A program made the translations under genes and the position numbers. A stretch of DNA of 64,000 nt from Clostridia bacterium (GTDB lineage Bacteria > Bacillota > Clostridia > Oscillospirales > Butyricicoccaceae): contig JAWXUP010000002.1 of assembly GCA_044426345.1 (NCBI GenBank), positions 32,017 through 96,016 of the forward strand. The letters are read 5' to 3'. Shown piece by piece: positions 1 through 9,910 of this stretch. How positions within the stretch are numbered: the first letter of the stretch is position 1; each line of letters begins with the position of its first letter. Under the pieces are notes generated by a model. It was not told the DNA's origin. It made no database searches and worked only from the letters and a program-made list of their open reading frames with translations.

Positions 1-2
1 TC

Positions 3-515
3 CTTGAAGATTTGCTTTCTCCAGAGCAAGGCGAATGGTTTAAACATATTCGTAATGTAACGTCAACTCCACTTTCTTGTGGCGAATTATATAATAATCC
101 AAAAGAATGGGATTATCTGATTACAAACCGTTTGATTGATTTTATACGTGTTCACACAAGTCAAATTGGTGGATTAACTCCTGCTCGTAAACTTGCTATT
201 TTTGCAGAAACATTCGGTGTGAAAACAGCTTGGCATGGTCCTAGTGATGTTTCACCTGTAGGTCACGCAATGAATGTTCATCTTGATTATGCCTCTACTA
301 ACTTTGGTATTCAAGAATGGTCTGGAATTAATGATTTACTTATGGAAATCTTCCCAGGCTCTCCAGAACTTCGCAATGGTTATGTATATTTAAATGGAAA
401 ACCAGGTTTAGGTATGGATTTCAATGAAGAACTTGCTGCAAAATATCCAGCTATTGAAGACGTTGTAGATTGGACTCAAACAAGATATACCGATGGTACT
501 CCTTGTACACCTTAA
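3..515 (+). CDS. Enolase-superfamily sugar-acid dehydratase (ManD/RspA-like), C-terminal part; the 5' end lies upstream of the window
   Basis: The frame is open from the window edge. C-terminal motifs (WHGPSDVSPVG, NFGIQEW) are typical of the mannonate/galactonate dehydratase branch. A terminator follows. Confidence 0.7.
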   Translation, partial: LEDLLSPEQGEWFKHIRNVTSTPLSCGELYNNPKEWDYLITNRLIDFIRVHTSQIGGLTPARKLAIFAETFGVKTAWHGPSDVSPVGHAMNVHLDYASTNFGIQEWSGINDLLMEIFPGSPELRNGYVYLNGKPGLGMDFNEELAAKYPAIEDVVDWTQTRYTDGTPCTP

Positions 516-530
516 TTTTATAATGACAAA

Positions 531-564
531 AGCACTCACTATTTCGATAGCGAGTGCTTTTTTA
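531..564. terminator. Bidirectional hairpin terminator between convergent genes
   Basis: AGCACTCACTAT-TTCG-ATAGCGAGTGCT stem-loop, followed by a T-run on + and TTTTG on -. Confidence 0.7.
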
Positions 565-584
565 TGTAATTTTTGCTGTGGTTT

Positions 585-1409
585 TTATTGTTCATTCGCT
601 CTGCTTATATTATAAACATCGGTTTTTCTAGCACTAAGTAAAGGTAATTGTTTGCGTATATTTTGGTTGTATTCAAAGTCCAAATCATAGTATAATGTAC
701 CCTCTTTTTCATCAAGTCTAGCTAAAACATCACCCCAAGGTGAGGCTATTATCGAATTTGCATAAGAATGATATGAACTCTGCATATCACGCGCCGATGA
801 AGTTCCTATCATAAAAATTTGATTGTCTAATGCACGTGCTCTGAAAAGTAATTCCCAATGCGCAGGCCCTGTTGTCATATTAAAAGCTGCAGGAATTATA
901 ATAGCTTGCACTCCTTCTAGTGCCATAACTCGACTAAGCTCTGGAAAACGAATATCAAAGCAAATTTGTAGTCCGAATTTCCCAAATTCCGTGTCAAAAG
1001 TAACGATTTCACTGCCAGCAGACAGCGTTTCGCTTTCCATAAAATGCTGACCACCTTCAACCGAAATATCAAATAGATGCATTTTACGATGCTTTGCGAT
1101 TTTTTCGCCATTTTTATCAAAAACATAGCTAGTATTAAAGGTTTTTCCATTGTCGTTTTCAGGCATTGAACCAGCTACGAGATAAATTCCACATTCTTTT
1201 GCCACTTTGCTCATAGCTATGAAATTTTCGCCACCTTCTTTTTGTGCATAAACTGGGAAACACGACGTTTCGTATGGACAGCAAAACATTTCCGGTAAAA
1301 CCACCATTTGCGCACCGTTTTTTGTGGCTTGTTTGATTTTATCGGTAGCATTTTTTATATTTTCATCGTTATTTACGGTAACTTTCATTTGAATTAAAGC
1401 AATTTTCAT
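585..1409 (-). CDS. Carbon-nitrogen hydrolase family protein (Nit2/omega-amidase-like)
   Basis: Glu-Lys-Cys triad contexts LPEMF, HRKMHLF and ICFDIRFPE; 274 aa. Confidence 0.85.
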   Translation of the reverse strand: MKIALIQMKVTVNNDENIKNATDKIKQATKNGAQMVVLPEMFCCPYETSCFPVYAQKEGGENFIAMSKVAKECGIYLVAGSMPENDNGKTFNTSYVFDKNGEKIAKHRKMHLFDISVEGGQHFMESETLSAGSEIVTFDTEFGKFGLQICFDIRFPELSRVMALEGVQAIIIPAAFNMTTGPAHWELLFRARALDNQIFMIGTSSARDMQSSYHSYANSIIASPWGDVLARLDEKEGTLYYDLDFEYNQNIRKQLPLLSARKTDVYNISRANEQ

Positions 1410-1663
1410 AAAATCATCTTCTTTCTGAATATATGATGGATATAATATATTATTCTATACTATTTTGCACAAGTTTTCAAGTGATTTTTATAAATCGGCA
1501 ATTTACATAAAATTCTTGCTTTATAAATAGATTATTGATATAATTTAGTTATATATTATAAATAGGACTCCCAATCCAAGATAAGTGTATCTGCCTACTC
1601 TTCTATACTTAGCAACGCTTATCTAAAAGGGAAAATTAGGATTAAATAGAAAGGGTTTTTAAG

Positions 1664-2560
1664 ATGAGAGAATCGATTCATAAGTATTTTAAAGTAGGAA
1701 CTATTCAATGGATGACACACCCAGGACGTGATGTTATAGACAGTTTGACAGAATTATGTAAAGATGATTATTTTGATGCTGTAGAAGTTTGTAAAATCCC
1801 AGATGATGAGCAAAGAGAACAAGCGAAAAATTTACTTGCTCAATCACATCTTAAAGTATGCTATGGTGCACAACCACGTCTTTTAGGTCCACAACTAAAC
1901 CCAAATGATATTGACGAGCAAGGAAGAAAAATGGCAGAGGCAACTTTGATTGAGGCTATAGACGAGGCTGAATATTTAGGCGCGAAAGGTATTGCGTTTT
2001 TAGCAGGGAAATGGGAAATGGAAACTCGCGACTTTGCGTATGCTCAACTGCTAAAAACTACACGTGCTATTTGTGATTACGCTGCAACAAAAGATATGAT
2101 GATAGAGCTTGAAGTTTTTGATTTTGATATGGATAAAGCAGCACTTATTGGACCTGCTCCATATGCAGTACAATTTGCAGCAGATATGAGAATGACACAC
2201 GCAAATTTCGGTTTGCTAGTTGATTTATCACACTTCCCAACAACTTATGAAACTTCAAAATTTGCAGTACGCACAATGAGACCATATATAACTCATTTAC
2301 ACTTCGGAAATGCAGTTGTAAAACCAGAGTATGAAGGATATGGCGACAAACATCCTCGCTTAGGATATCCAAATAGTGCTAATGACGTTGATGAACTAAC
2401 TGATTACTTAACGGTGCTAAAAGATGAAGGTTTCTTTGATGCGAAAAATCCGATGGTGCTTTCGATGGAAGTTACACCAATGCCAGGTGAAGACCCAGCA
2501 ATTATTTTGGCTAACACTAAACGCTGTTTAAATCGTGCGTGGGCTATGGTAGAGGATTAA
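1664..2560 (+). CDS. Xylose-isomerase-like TIM-barrel protein (sugar phosphate isomerase/epimerase family)
   Basis: 298-aa ORF with family-like segments (AEYLGAKGIAF, ELEVFD, VDLSHFP). This is a family-level call only. Confidence 0.55.
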   Translation: MRESIHKYFKVGTIQWMTHPGRDVIDSLTELCKDDYFDAVEVCKIPDDEQREQAKNLLAQSHLKVCYGAQPRLLGPQLNPNDIDEQGRKMAEATLIEAIDEAEYLGAKGIAFLAGKWEMETRDFAYAQLLKTTRAICDYAATKDMMIELEVFDFDMDKAALIGPAPYAVQFAADMRMTHANFGLLVDLSHFPTTYETSKFAVRTMRPYITHLHFGNAVVKPEYEGYGDKHPRLGYPNSANDVDELTDYLTVLKDEGFFDAKNPMVLSMEVTPMPGEDPAIILANTKRCLNRAWAMVED

Positions 2561-2570
2561 GGAGAAAATT

Positions 2571-3536
2571 ATGGATAAAATAGTAGTATTAGATGGATAT
2601 ACAGAAAATCCTGGCGATTTAAGCTGGAGTGGACTGGAAAAATTAGGAGAACTCACCGTTTATGATTATACACCGATAGATGATGAGGAAGAAATAATTA
2701 AACGAATTGCAGATGCTAAAGCTATTTACACAAATAAAACACCTATTACACGAGCTGTTATTGAGGCTTGTCCTAGCGTTGAATTTATTGGTGTATTAGC
2801 AACTGGATATAATGTTGTAGATTGTACGATTGCAAAAGAAAAGGGTATAACCGTATGTAATATTCCAACTTATAGTACAAATGCAGTGGCACAATTTACA
2901 TTTGCACTTTTGCTTGAAATATGTCATAATGTAGGTCATCATAGTAATGCGGTACACGATGGACGTTGGCAAGCAAGCAGAGATTTCTGTTTTTGGGATT
3001 ACCCTTTAATGGAACTTTTAGGTAAAACTATAGGTATAATTGGTTTTGGACGTATAGGTCAAGCGACAGCAGTTATCGCAAAAGCTATGGGAATGAATGT
3101 AATTGCATATAATAGGTCACAAAGTGAACAAGGAAAATTACTAGCTGAATATGTAGATTTGGATACACTTTTTGCAAAAGCTGATATAATTTCGTTGCAT
3201 TGCCCACTTACAGAGCAAACTGAAAATATAATTTGCAAAGAAAATATCGCAAAAATGAAAGATGGCGTTATAATTTTAAATACAGGACGTGGACCACTTA
3301 TCAATGAGCAAGACTTGACAGATGCTTTAAATAGCGATAAAGTTTACGCTGCTGCTGTTGATGTTGTTTCACGTGAACCAATTTTCGCAGAAAATCCACT
3401 ACTTAAAGCAAAGAATTGTATAATAACACCACATATTGCGTGGGCATCGAAAGAAAGTCGCGCAAGACTTATGGATATAGCAGTTGAAAATTATGCACAG
3501 TTTAAAAAAGGTAATCCAATAAATGTAGTGAATTAA
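2571..3536 (+). CDS. D-isomer-specific 2-hydroxyacid dehydrogenase (glycerate/hydroxypyruvate reductase-like)
   Basis: NAD-binding GIIGFGRIGQATA; catalytic region NTGRGPLI...TPHIAW. Confidence 0.85.
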   Translation: MDKIVVLDGYTENPGDLSWSGLEKLGELTVYDYTPIDDEEEIIKRIADAKAIYTNKTPITRAVIEACPSVEFIGVLATGYNVVDCTIAKEKGITVCNIPTYSTNAVAQFTFALLLEICHNVGHHSNAVHDGRWQASRDFCFWDYPLMELLGKTIGIIGFGRIGQATAVIAKAMGMNVIAYNRSQSEQGKLLAEYVDLDTLFAKADIISLHCPLTEQTENIICKENIAKMKDGVIILNTGRGPLINEQDLTDALNSDKVYAAAVDVVSREPIFAENPLLKAKNCIITPHIAWASKESRARLMDIAVENYAQFKKGNPINVVN

Positions 3537-3577
3537 TGAATTATACTAAAAGTTACTTAGAAATAGAGGAAAAATAA

Positions 3578-4789
3578 ATGAAATACGATTTTACAACCGT
3601 TCTAGACCGTTCAGGCAAAGATTCGATAGCTTTTGATGTGCCACCAAAAATTTCAGGAGTGGAAGTTGTGCCTTGCAAAGAAGGTTTAGATAGAATTCCT
3701 ATGTGGGTTGCCGATATGGGATTTCAAACTGTTCCGTCAATTACGGAAAAAATTAGTCAGCGTATAGAACATCCGATTTTTGGATATTTTGAGCCTACTG
3801 ATGAATATTATGATAGCATTATTAAATGGCAGAAAACTAGAAATGGAGCTATGAGTTTAAAAGCTAGCGATATCGGTTATGAAAACAGCGTACTAGGTGG
3901 ACTTATGTCGGCACTTAATGTTTTATGTTCAAAAGGCGATAAAGTTTTGGTTCACAGTCCAACGTATGTAGGTTTTACAGGAGCACTTAAAAATTCAGGT
4001 TATGATATCGTGCATAGTGCGTTGAAATTAGATGAAAACAATGTTTGGCGTATGGATTTTGCTGATATGGAAGAAAAAATAGTATCGCAAAATATCCAGA
4101 CAGCAATTTTTTGTTCTCCACATAATCCTTGTGGACGTGCTTGGGAACATTGGGAGATTGCACAAGCAATGGAAATTTTTGAGCGATACGATGTATACGT
4201 TATAGCTGATGAAATTTGGTCTGACATTATGCTTGATGGCAATAGACATATTCCAACGCAATCGGTATCGCTAGATGCAAAAAATAGAACGGTTGCGTTA
4301 TATGCACCGTCGAAAACTTTTAATCTAGCGGGATTAATCGGAGCTTATCATATTATTTATAACGAAAGATTGCACAATAGAGTTTTAAAAGAATCATCGC
4401 TTAGTCACTATAATGGAATGAATATATTTTCAATGCACGCTTTAATTGGAGCGTATAGTGAGCAAGGTAGTGAATGGGTTTGTGAACTTCGCGAGGTGCT
4501 GACCGATAATATAGACTATGCTTGCGAATTTTTTGATACCAAAGTTAAAGGCATTAAAGTTTCAAAACCACAGGCTACATATATGTTATTTATAGATTGT
4601 ACAGAGTGGCTTATTGAAAATAATATGACGTTAGAACAGTTGATTAAAAAGGGCTTTGAGTATGGTGTTATGTGGCAAAATGGTGAGGCATTTTTTGGGA
4701 AAAATTGTATAAGATTAAATTTTGCATTGCCATTTGCGAAAGCGAAAGAGGCATTAGATAGAATGGATAAATATATTTTTAATGCATAA
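3578..4789 (+). CDS. PLP-dependent C-S lyase of the MalY/PatB family (aminotransferase class I/II fold)
   Basis: SPHNPCGRAW and the PLP-lysine context YAPSKTFNLAGL; 403 aa. Confidence 0.8.
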   Translation: MKYDFTTVLDRSGKDSIAFDVPPKISGVEVVPCKEGLDRIPMWVADMGFQTVPSITEKISQRIEHPIFGYFEPTDEYYDSIIKWQKTRNGAMSLKASDIGYENSVLGGLMSALNVLCSKGDKVLVHSPTYVGFTGALKNSGYDIVHSALKLDENNVWRMDFADMEEKIVSQNIQTAIFCSPHNPCGRAWEHWEIAQAMEIFERYDVYVIADEIWSDIMLDGNRHIPTQSVSLDAKNRTVALYAPSKTFNLAGLIGAYHIIYNERLHNRVLKESSLSHYNGMNIFSMHALIGAYSEQGSEWVCELREVLTDNIDYACEFFDTKVKGIKVSKPQATYMLFIDCTEWLIENNMTLEQLIKKGFEYGVMWQNGEAFFGKNCIRLNFALPFAKAKEALDRMDKYIFNA

Positions 4790-4870
4790 ATTGCATAATT
4801 TTTTATTTTGTGCCACTGCAACTTACAGCTAGTGCTATCTTTTTTCTCGGCAGTCGCTCGCCGCGTGGCT

Positions 4871-4896
4871 GATACTTTTGTGCGTACAAAAGTATC
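4871..4896. repeat. Perfect 11-bp-stem palindrome inside a GC-rich intergenic island (about 4845-4950)
   Basis: GATACTTTTGT-GCGT-ACAAAAGTATC, flanked by CTGATAC/GTATCAG repeats. There is no T-run, so it is not a canonical terminator. Confidence 0.6.
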
Positions 4897-5073
4897 CAAA
4901 AGACGAAAACACAGCTTGTTTTATCAGCGAGCCGTATCAGTCCGCTGCGTAAATAATTTTTCTCTGAAAAATTTTTACTTTGCTAGCTTGTGCTTTGGAA
5001 TTTTATTTGAAGGTTAAGGTAAGTTTTGTTTTTGTGCTATATTTTTTAGCTTGTAACTTTTTCGACAGTCTGG

Positions 5074-5100
5074 GGAACGCATTTTATGCGTTCCTTTTTC
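5074..5100 (+). terminator. Rho-independent terminator
   Basis: GGAACGCA-TTTTA-TGCGTTCC followed by TTTTTC. Confidence 0.75.
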
Positions 5101-5238
5101 GTTGTAAAATTGGTGGAAAAGTAGCGTGTATTTTTGGTAAAAATGCCTATAATCACAAAATATTAACGATAATATTGTAAAAAATACGTATTTGTGGTAT
5201 TATATAAATAGATTTTATTAGAGGATTGAGGTTTTAGA

Positions 5239-6999
5239 GTGAGGAAAGAAAATATTAACAAGGGAAGACTTACAAGGTTTTTACCATACTATCGAAAACA
5301 CGGATTAGCATTGTTTTTTGATTTGTTTTGCACAAGTCTTACAACTATTTGTGCATTAGTTTTTCCAATGATAGTTCGAGAACTTACAACTATCGCAACA
5401 ACTGATTTAGCTAGTTTAACAATTGCATTCGTATTAAAATTAACTGGGCTTTATATGTTTTTGCGTATAGTAGATGTTTTCGCAGGATTTTATATGTCGT
5501 GCTATGGTCACGTTATGGGTTCGAAAATTGAAACAGATATGAGAAGTGATTTATTTAATCACTTGCAAAAATTACCATTTAGCTTTTATGATGAGGCGAA
5601 AATTGGCCAACTTATGTCACGTTTAACATCAGATTTATTCGACGTTACAGAATTTGCACATCACGCACCAGAAGAACTTTTAGTAGCTGGCGTGAAAATT
5701 ATTGGTTCATTTATCATTTTATGCACTGTAAATGTACCATTAACGCTGATAATGTTCTCAGTTTTGCCTTTTATGATGTTATTTGCTTCTATGTTTAACA
5801 AAAAAGTTCGTAAAAATTTTAGAGACCAAAGAGTGCAAGTGGGTGAAATAAATTCACAAGTTGAAGATAGTTTGCTTGGTGTTCGTGTTGTAAAATCATT
5901 TGGAGCAGAAACAGTTGAAATAGAAAAATTTTCTAAAGGTAATAATAAATTTTTAAATATTAAAAAACGTACATATGCTTTTTTAGGTGGGTTTGAGGCG
6001 TCAAATAAATTTTTTGATGCTGTTATGTACACTTTAGTGTTATTTTTTGGTTCGATTTATATGATGAAAGGCAGTATTATAATTGCCGATTTCACGGCAT
6101 ATTTGCTGTATGTTTCAACACTTATCGAGTCTATTAGAAAAATAGTTCAGTTTACAGAACAATTCCAAAAAGGTATGACAGGTATCGATAGATTCTTTGA
6201 AATTATGGATATAGATCCTGTTATCGTTGACAAAGAAGATGCGGATAAACTTGAAAATGTTCGAGGTGATATTGAATTTAAAGACGTAACTTTTACTTAT
6301 GGAGATGTTAACCGTGAGGTTTTATCTAAGCTTAATTTAAAAGTAAAAGCAGGTGATAATGTTGCTCTTGTTGGTCCGTCTGGTGGTGGTAAAACTACAT
6401 TTTGTAATCTTATCCCAAGATTTTACGATGTTACAGACGGTAGTATTTTGGTTGATGGTCAAGATATAAAAGATGTAACGCTTAAATCTTTACGTGATGA
6501 AATTGGCTTTGTGCAACAAGATGTATATCTATTTTCAGGCACAGTTTTTGATAATATTGAATATGGCAAAAAAGGTGCTACATATGATGAGGTTATGGAG
6601 GCTGCCAAGCTTGCTGGTGCAGATGAGTTTATTTCTCAACTTAAAAATGGTTATGATACCTATGTTGGTGAACGAGGAATTAAGCTTTCTGGAGGTCAAA
6701 AACAACGTATTAGTATAGCACGAGCATTTCTTAAAAATCCACCGATTTTAATTTTAGATGAGGCTACCAGTGCATTGGATAATGAAAGCGAACGTATTGT
6801 TCAGCAATCGCTCGAACGTCTATCAAAAGGTAGAACAACGTTTACTATAGCACATAGACTTACAACTATCAAAAATGCAGGAACTATTTTAGTATTAACA
6901 GAAAATGGTATCGAAGAAAGTGGAACGCATATAGATTTAATGCAACAAAACGGAATTTATAGTAATTTATATAGTTCTTATGCTGAAATGAATGCATAA
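5239..6999 (+). CDS. ABC transporter, fused permease/ATPase (MsbA/multidrug-exporter type)
   Basis: N-terminal 6-TM domain; Walker A GPSGGGKTT, signature LSGGQKQR, Walker B ILILDEATS. GTG start behind a GAGG. Confidence 0.9.
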   Translation: MRKENINKGRLTRFLPYYRKHGLALFFDLFCTSLTTICALVFPMIVRELTTIATTDLASLTIAFVLKLTGLYMFLRIVDVFAGFYMSCYGHVMGSKIETDMRSDLFNHLQKLPFSFYDEAKIGQLMSRLTSDLFDVTEFAHHAPEELLVAGVKIIGSFIILCTVNVPLTLIMFSVLPFMMLFASMFNKKVRKNFRDQRVQVGEINSQVEDSLLGVRVVKSFGAETVEIEKFSKGNNKFLNIKKRTYAFLGGFEASNKFFDAVMYTLVLFFGSIYMMKGSIIIADFTAYLLYVSTLIESIRKIVQFTEQFQKGMTGIDRFFEIMDIDPVIVDKEDADKLENVRGDIEFKDVTFTYGDVNREVLSKLNLKVKAGDNVALVGPSGGGKTTFCNLIPRFYDVTDGSILVDGQDIKDVTLKSLRDEIGFVQQDVYLFSGTVFDNIEYGKKGATYDEVMEAAKLAGADEFISQLKNGYDTYVGERGIKLSGGQKQRISIARAFLKNPPILILDEATSALDNESERIVQQSLERLSKGRTTFTIAHRLTTIKNAGTILVLTENGIEESGTHIDLMQQNGIYSNLYSSYAEMNA

Positions 7000-7003
7000 A
7001 AAA

Positions 7004-7043
7004 TACTCACCAGTTTATTTTTGACTGGTGAGTTTTATTTTTT
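7004..7043. terminator. Bidirectional terminator (ABC exporter / LysR gene)
   Basis: ACTCACCAGT...ACTGGTGAGT stem with T-runs on both strands. Confidence 0.8.
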
Positions 7044-7066
7044 ATAAAATTCAATTATTACAAAAT

Positions 7067-7975
7067 TTATTTAATACTTTCGAAATATTCCTTAGCAAGC
7101 TCGATAAAATATTGAGCAGCCTTGCTTTGATAACGATTATTTCTATAACAAACACTTATATTCCAAGTTGGTCTTGTAGATAATCTAAAACACGCTACAT
7201 TGTGATTTTGTTTCACGTAAAACTTTGGAACAATAGAACAAGCCAAGCCTTTTTCGACTATACTTATATTAGCTCGGTTGCTGGTTGTTTCAAGAATAAT
7301 ATTTGGTTCTATGTCATATTCTTTAAAAATTGGGTCGATAACTTCGCGTTGAGTAGATTCTCGATACATTAAACAATACGATAAATCCTTTAAATCTTCA
7401 GCTTGTAAAATTGTATGTGGTTGACCATATGGGGCGACTTTTTCTGCAAGAGGGTGATTTTTAGGTGTTATTAGAAAAAATTCCTCTTTTGATAAATGTT
7501 CTGATACTATTGATGGGATATTATCGTCCTTAACAGATAAAAAAGCTAAATCTAATTCATCTTTTTGTAGCATTTCTATTTGCTTTTTAACGCTAATATC
7601 ACGTGGAGTAATAGTCACTTGAGGATAAGAATGATAAAATCTTGGATATATCGCTAAAAACATATCCATACCACGTTCTGGGGCAAGTGCCATAGTTAGC
7701 GTGGATTTTTTTTGTTCTGCGATGTCTTGAATTTTAAGATATGCTTCATTTTTGATGGATACAATGCGTTTGGCATATTCAACATAAACTTTTCCGGCTG
7801 TAGTAGGTACAAAACTATTACGCGAACGTACAAAAAGTTGGACACCTAGGTCTTTTTCGAGTTTTATAAGTTGTTGATCGAGAGCAGATTGCGTAATATA
7901 AAGTTTTTTCGCGGCTTTTGTAACGCCACCTTCTTCAGCAATTGCTAAAATGTAGTTTATTTGTTTGATATCCAC
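7067..7975 (-). CDS. LysR-family transcriptional regulator
   Basis: HTH N-terminus (M)DIKQINYILAIAEEGGVTKAAKKLYITQSALDQQL. I moved the start to GTG 7975, 6 nt behind a GAGGTGG RBS; the ORF track starts at 7990. Confidence 0.85.
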   Translation of the reverse strand: MDIKQINYILAIAEEGGVTKAAKKLYITQSALDQQLIKLEKDLGVQLFVRSRNSFVPTTAGKVYVEYAKRIVSIKNEAYLKIQDIAEQKKSTLTMALAPERGMDMFLAIYPRFYHSYPQVTITPRDISVKKQIEMLQKDELDLAFLSVKDDNIPSIVSEHLSKEEFFLITPKNHPLAEKVAPYGQPHTILQAEDLKDLSYCLMYRESTQREVIDPIFKEYDIEPNIILETTSNRANISIVEKGLACSIVPKFYVKQNHNVACFRLSTRPTWNISVCYRNNRYQSKAAQYFIELAKEYFESIK

Positions 7976-8079
7976 GATATTCCACCTCATTCTTTAGTAA
8001 TTTTATTCTAACATAAAAGTACCAAGGTGGCAAGCGTAAAAAAGAAAGGCAACCTAAGTTACCTTTCTAAAATTAAAAA

Positions 8080-8973
8080 CTATTTTACAAGTCCCATTTC
8101 AACTAAAACATCACGTAAGATTGCTTTTTCAGAATCTTTAAGTTCAGCGATAGGGTCTAAGCATTTACCAACTGGAATTCCTTGCATTACAAGACCTTCT
8201 TTGATTACTGCAGGGAATGTACCCATAGCACACGCAATACGAAGAGGATTTAGCGTAAATTGTGATTCTAAAGAGCCAGCAAGGTCGCCAGCCATATATT
8301 TTTCATAGATATCAGCGATTAAACGAGGTGCTACGTTTGCACAAGATGCGATAGAACCAGCTGCACCGTGACATAAACCAGAATAGATTAATGTGTCGCG
8401 ACCCATAAGAACGCTGAAGTTTTCAATACCACGAGTTAAACGGATATATTCAACAGCATTTGTCATATCACCAGTACTGTCTTTAACGCCGATAATATTT
8501 GGAATTAAAGCAAGTTTCGCAGCTGTAGCTGGAGTGATAGTAACATTGGTTTTTGGTTGGTTGTTATACATAATAATTGGTAAATTAGTAGATTCAGCTA
8601 CTGTTTTATAGAATGTATATAACTCGTCTTGTGTTTGAGAAACGAACATTGGAGTTAATACAGAAACAGCGTCGATTCCTGGAATTTCTTCGCAGATTTT
8701 AAGTAAACGAATAACACCACGAGTTGTGATATGGCTTGCACCAGCGTAAACGTCAACTCTACCAGCAACTGCCTCAACAGTAACTTCTAATAATTTACGA
8801 TATTCATCATCAGAAAGCGCATAGAATTCACCAGTAGTACCCATTGGGAATACACCGTGGATACCTTCAGCGATTAAATGCTCAATCATTTGTTTGTAAA
8901 CAACGTAATCGATATTTCCTTCAGCATCGAAAGGAGTAATAATTGGAGGTATTATACCTTTTGGTTTAAACAT
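8080..8973 (-). CDS. DapA/NAL-family class I aldolase-type enzyme (candidate 5-dehydro-4-deoxyglucarate dehydratase KdgD or KDG aldolase)
   Basis: GTTGE motif, Schiff-base lysine context IGVKDSTGD, Tyr in MYNN. It lies in an operon with gudD. Confidence 0.75.
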   Translation of the reverse strand: MFKPKGIIPPIITPFDAEGNIDYVVYKQMIEHLIAEGIHGVFPMGTTGEFYALSDDEYRKLLEVTVEAVAGRVDVYAGASHITTRGVIRLLKICEEIPGIDAVSVLTPMFVSQTQDELYTFYKTVAESTNLPIIMYNNQPKTNVTITPATAAKLALIPNIIGVKDSTGDMTNAVEYIRLTRGIENFSVLMGRDTLIYSGLCHGAAGSIASCANVAPRLIADIYEKYMAGDLAGSLESQFTLNPLRIACAMGTFPAVIKEGLVMQGIPVGKCLDPIAELKDSEKAILRDVLVEMGLVK

Positions 8974-8988
8974 TAAAATTCTCCTATC

Positions 8989-9867
8989 TTATAAAGTTTC
9001 GATATCATCAATTTTTTTGTAGTATTTAATAATTGAACTATGGTCATCATTGCCACAATCATTGTTGTGTAACCATTGGAAGATTTCTTGAACTGATGCA
9101 GTCATTGGAACGATAGCACCAACTGAGTGAGCACAATCAAGAGCATTATTTAAGTCTTTGATATGTAAATCAATTTTAAAACCTGGTTGGTCATTAGCAG
9201 CAATCATCATAGGAGCTTTAGCGTCCATAACTGTAGAACCAGCAAGACCACCACGGATAGCTTGGTATACTAATTCAGTGTCAACACCAGATTTTTTAAC
9301 AAAGCTCATAGCTTCTGCTAAAGCTTGAATGTTACAAGCAACTACGATTTGGTTTGCAAGTTTAGTTGTGTTACCAGCACCTAAATCACCACAACGAACA
9401 ACTGATGCACCCATACAAGAAAGTAATTCTTTGTATGCATCAAATACTTCTTGTTTACCACCAACCATAAATGATAAAGAAGCATCAATAGCTTTTGGTT
9501 CGCCACCAGAAACTGGAGCGTCAAGCATTTCAACACCGTTTTTAGCAAGTTCTTCGCCGATTTCTTTAGAGGCAACTGGGTTGATTGAACTCATATCGAT
9601 AAAGGTAGTGCCAGCTTTCATTTGTTTAGCTACACCGTTTTCGCCTAACATAACAGCTTTAACTTGTGGGCTGTTTGGTAACATAGTTAAAACTACGTCA
9701 CAAGTAGCACCGATTTCTGTGCTTGTTGCAGATTTTGCACCAGCAGAAACAACTTCGTCAACTGCAGATTGGTTTAAGTCAGCTACTGTAAGGTCGTAAC
9801 CAGCTTTTAGAATATTTTTAGCCATTGGTTTACCCATAATGCCTAAACCGATTAATCCGATTTTCAT
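8989..9867 (-). CDS. 3-hydroxyisobutyrate dehydrogenase-family reductase (tartronate semialdehyde reductase GarR-like)
   Basis: Rossmann N-terminus MKIGLIGLGIMGKPMA; 292 aa; glucarate operon context. Confidence 0.8.
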   Translation of the reverse strand: MKIGLIGLGIMGKPMAKNILKAGYDLTVADLNQSAVDEVVSAGAKSATSTEIGATCDVVLTMLPNSPQVKAVMLGENGVAKQMKAGTTFIDMSSINPVASKEIGEELAKNGVEMLDAPVSGGEPKAIDASLSFMVGGKQEVFDAYKELLSCMGASVVRCGDLGAGNTTKLANQIVVACNIQALAEAMSFVKKSGVDTELVYQAIRGGLAGSTVMDAKAPMMIAANDQPGFKIDLHIKDLNNALDCAHSVGAIVPMTASVQEIFQWLHNNDCGNDDHSSIIKYYKKIDDIETL

Positions 9868-9910
9868 AATAATTTCTCCTTTGTTTTTCGTTTTTTAATA
9901 TTTTAATTTA

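Noticed and set aside
4808-5180. Track ORFs 4808-5017 and 4980-5180 in the malY/ABC spacer.
   Set aside because: They have no RBS, they span the palindromic island and a terminator, and their translations are compositionally odd (Cys/Phe-rich). They are most likely non-coding.
9329-9799. Long antisense ORFs inside well-supported genes: 9329-9799, 42767-43255, 44452-44889, 62504-62884, 20039-20431 and others.
   Set aside because: They are shadow ORFs opposite highly conserved genes (garR-like, amt, glnN, pgk, era). They have low-complexity Ala/Ser/Pro-rich translations and no RBS.
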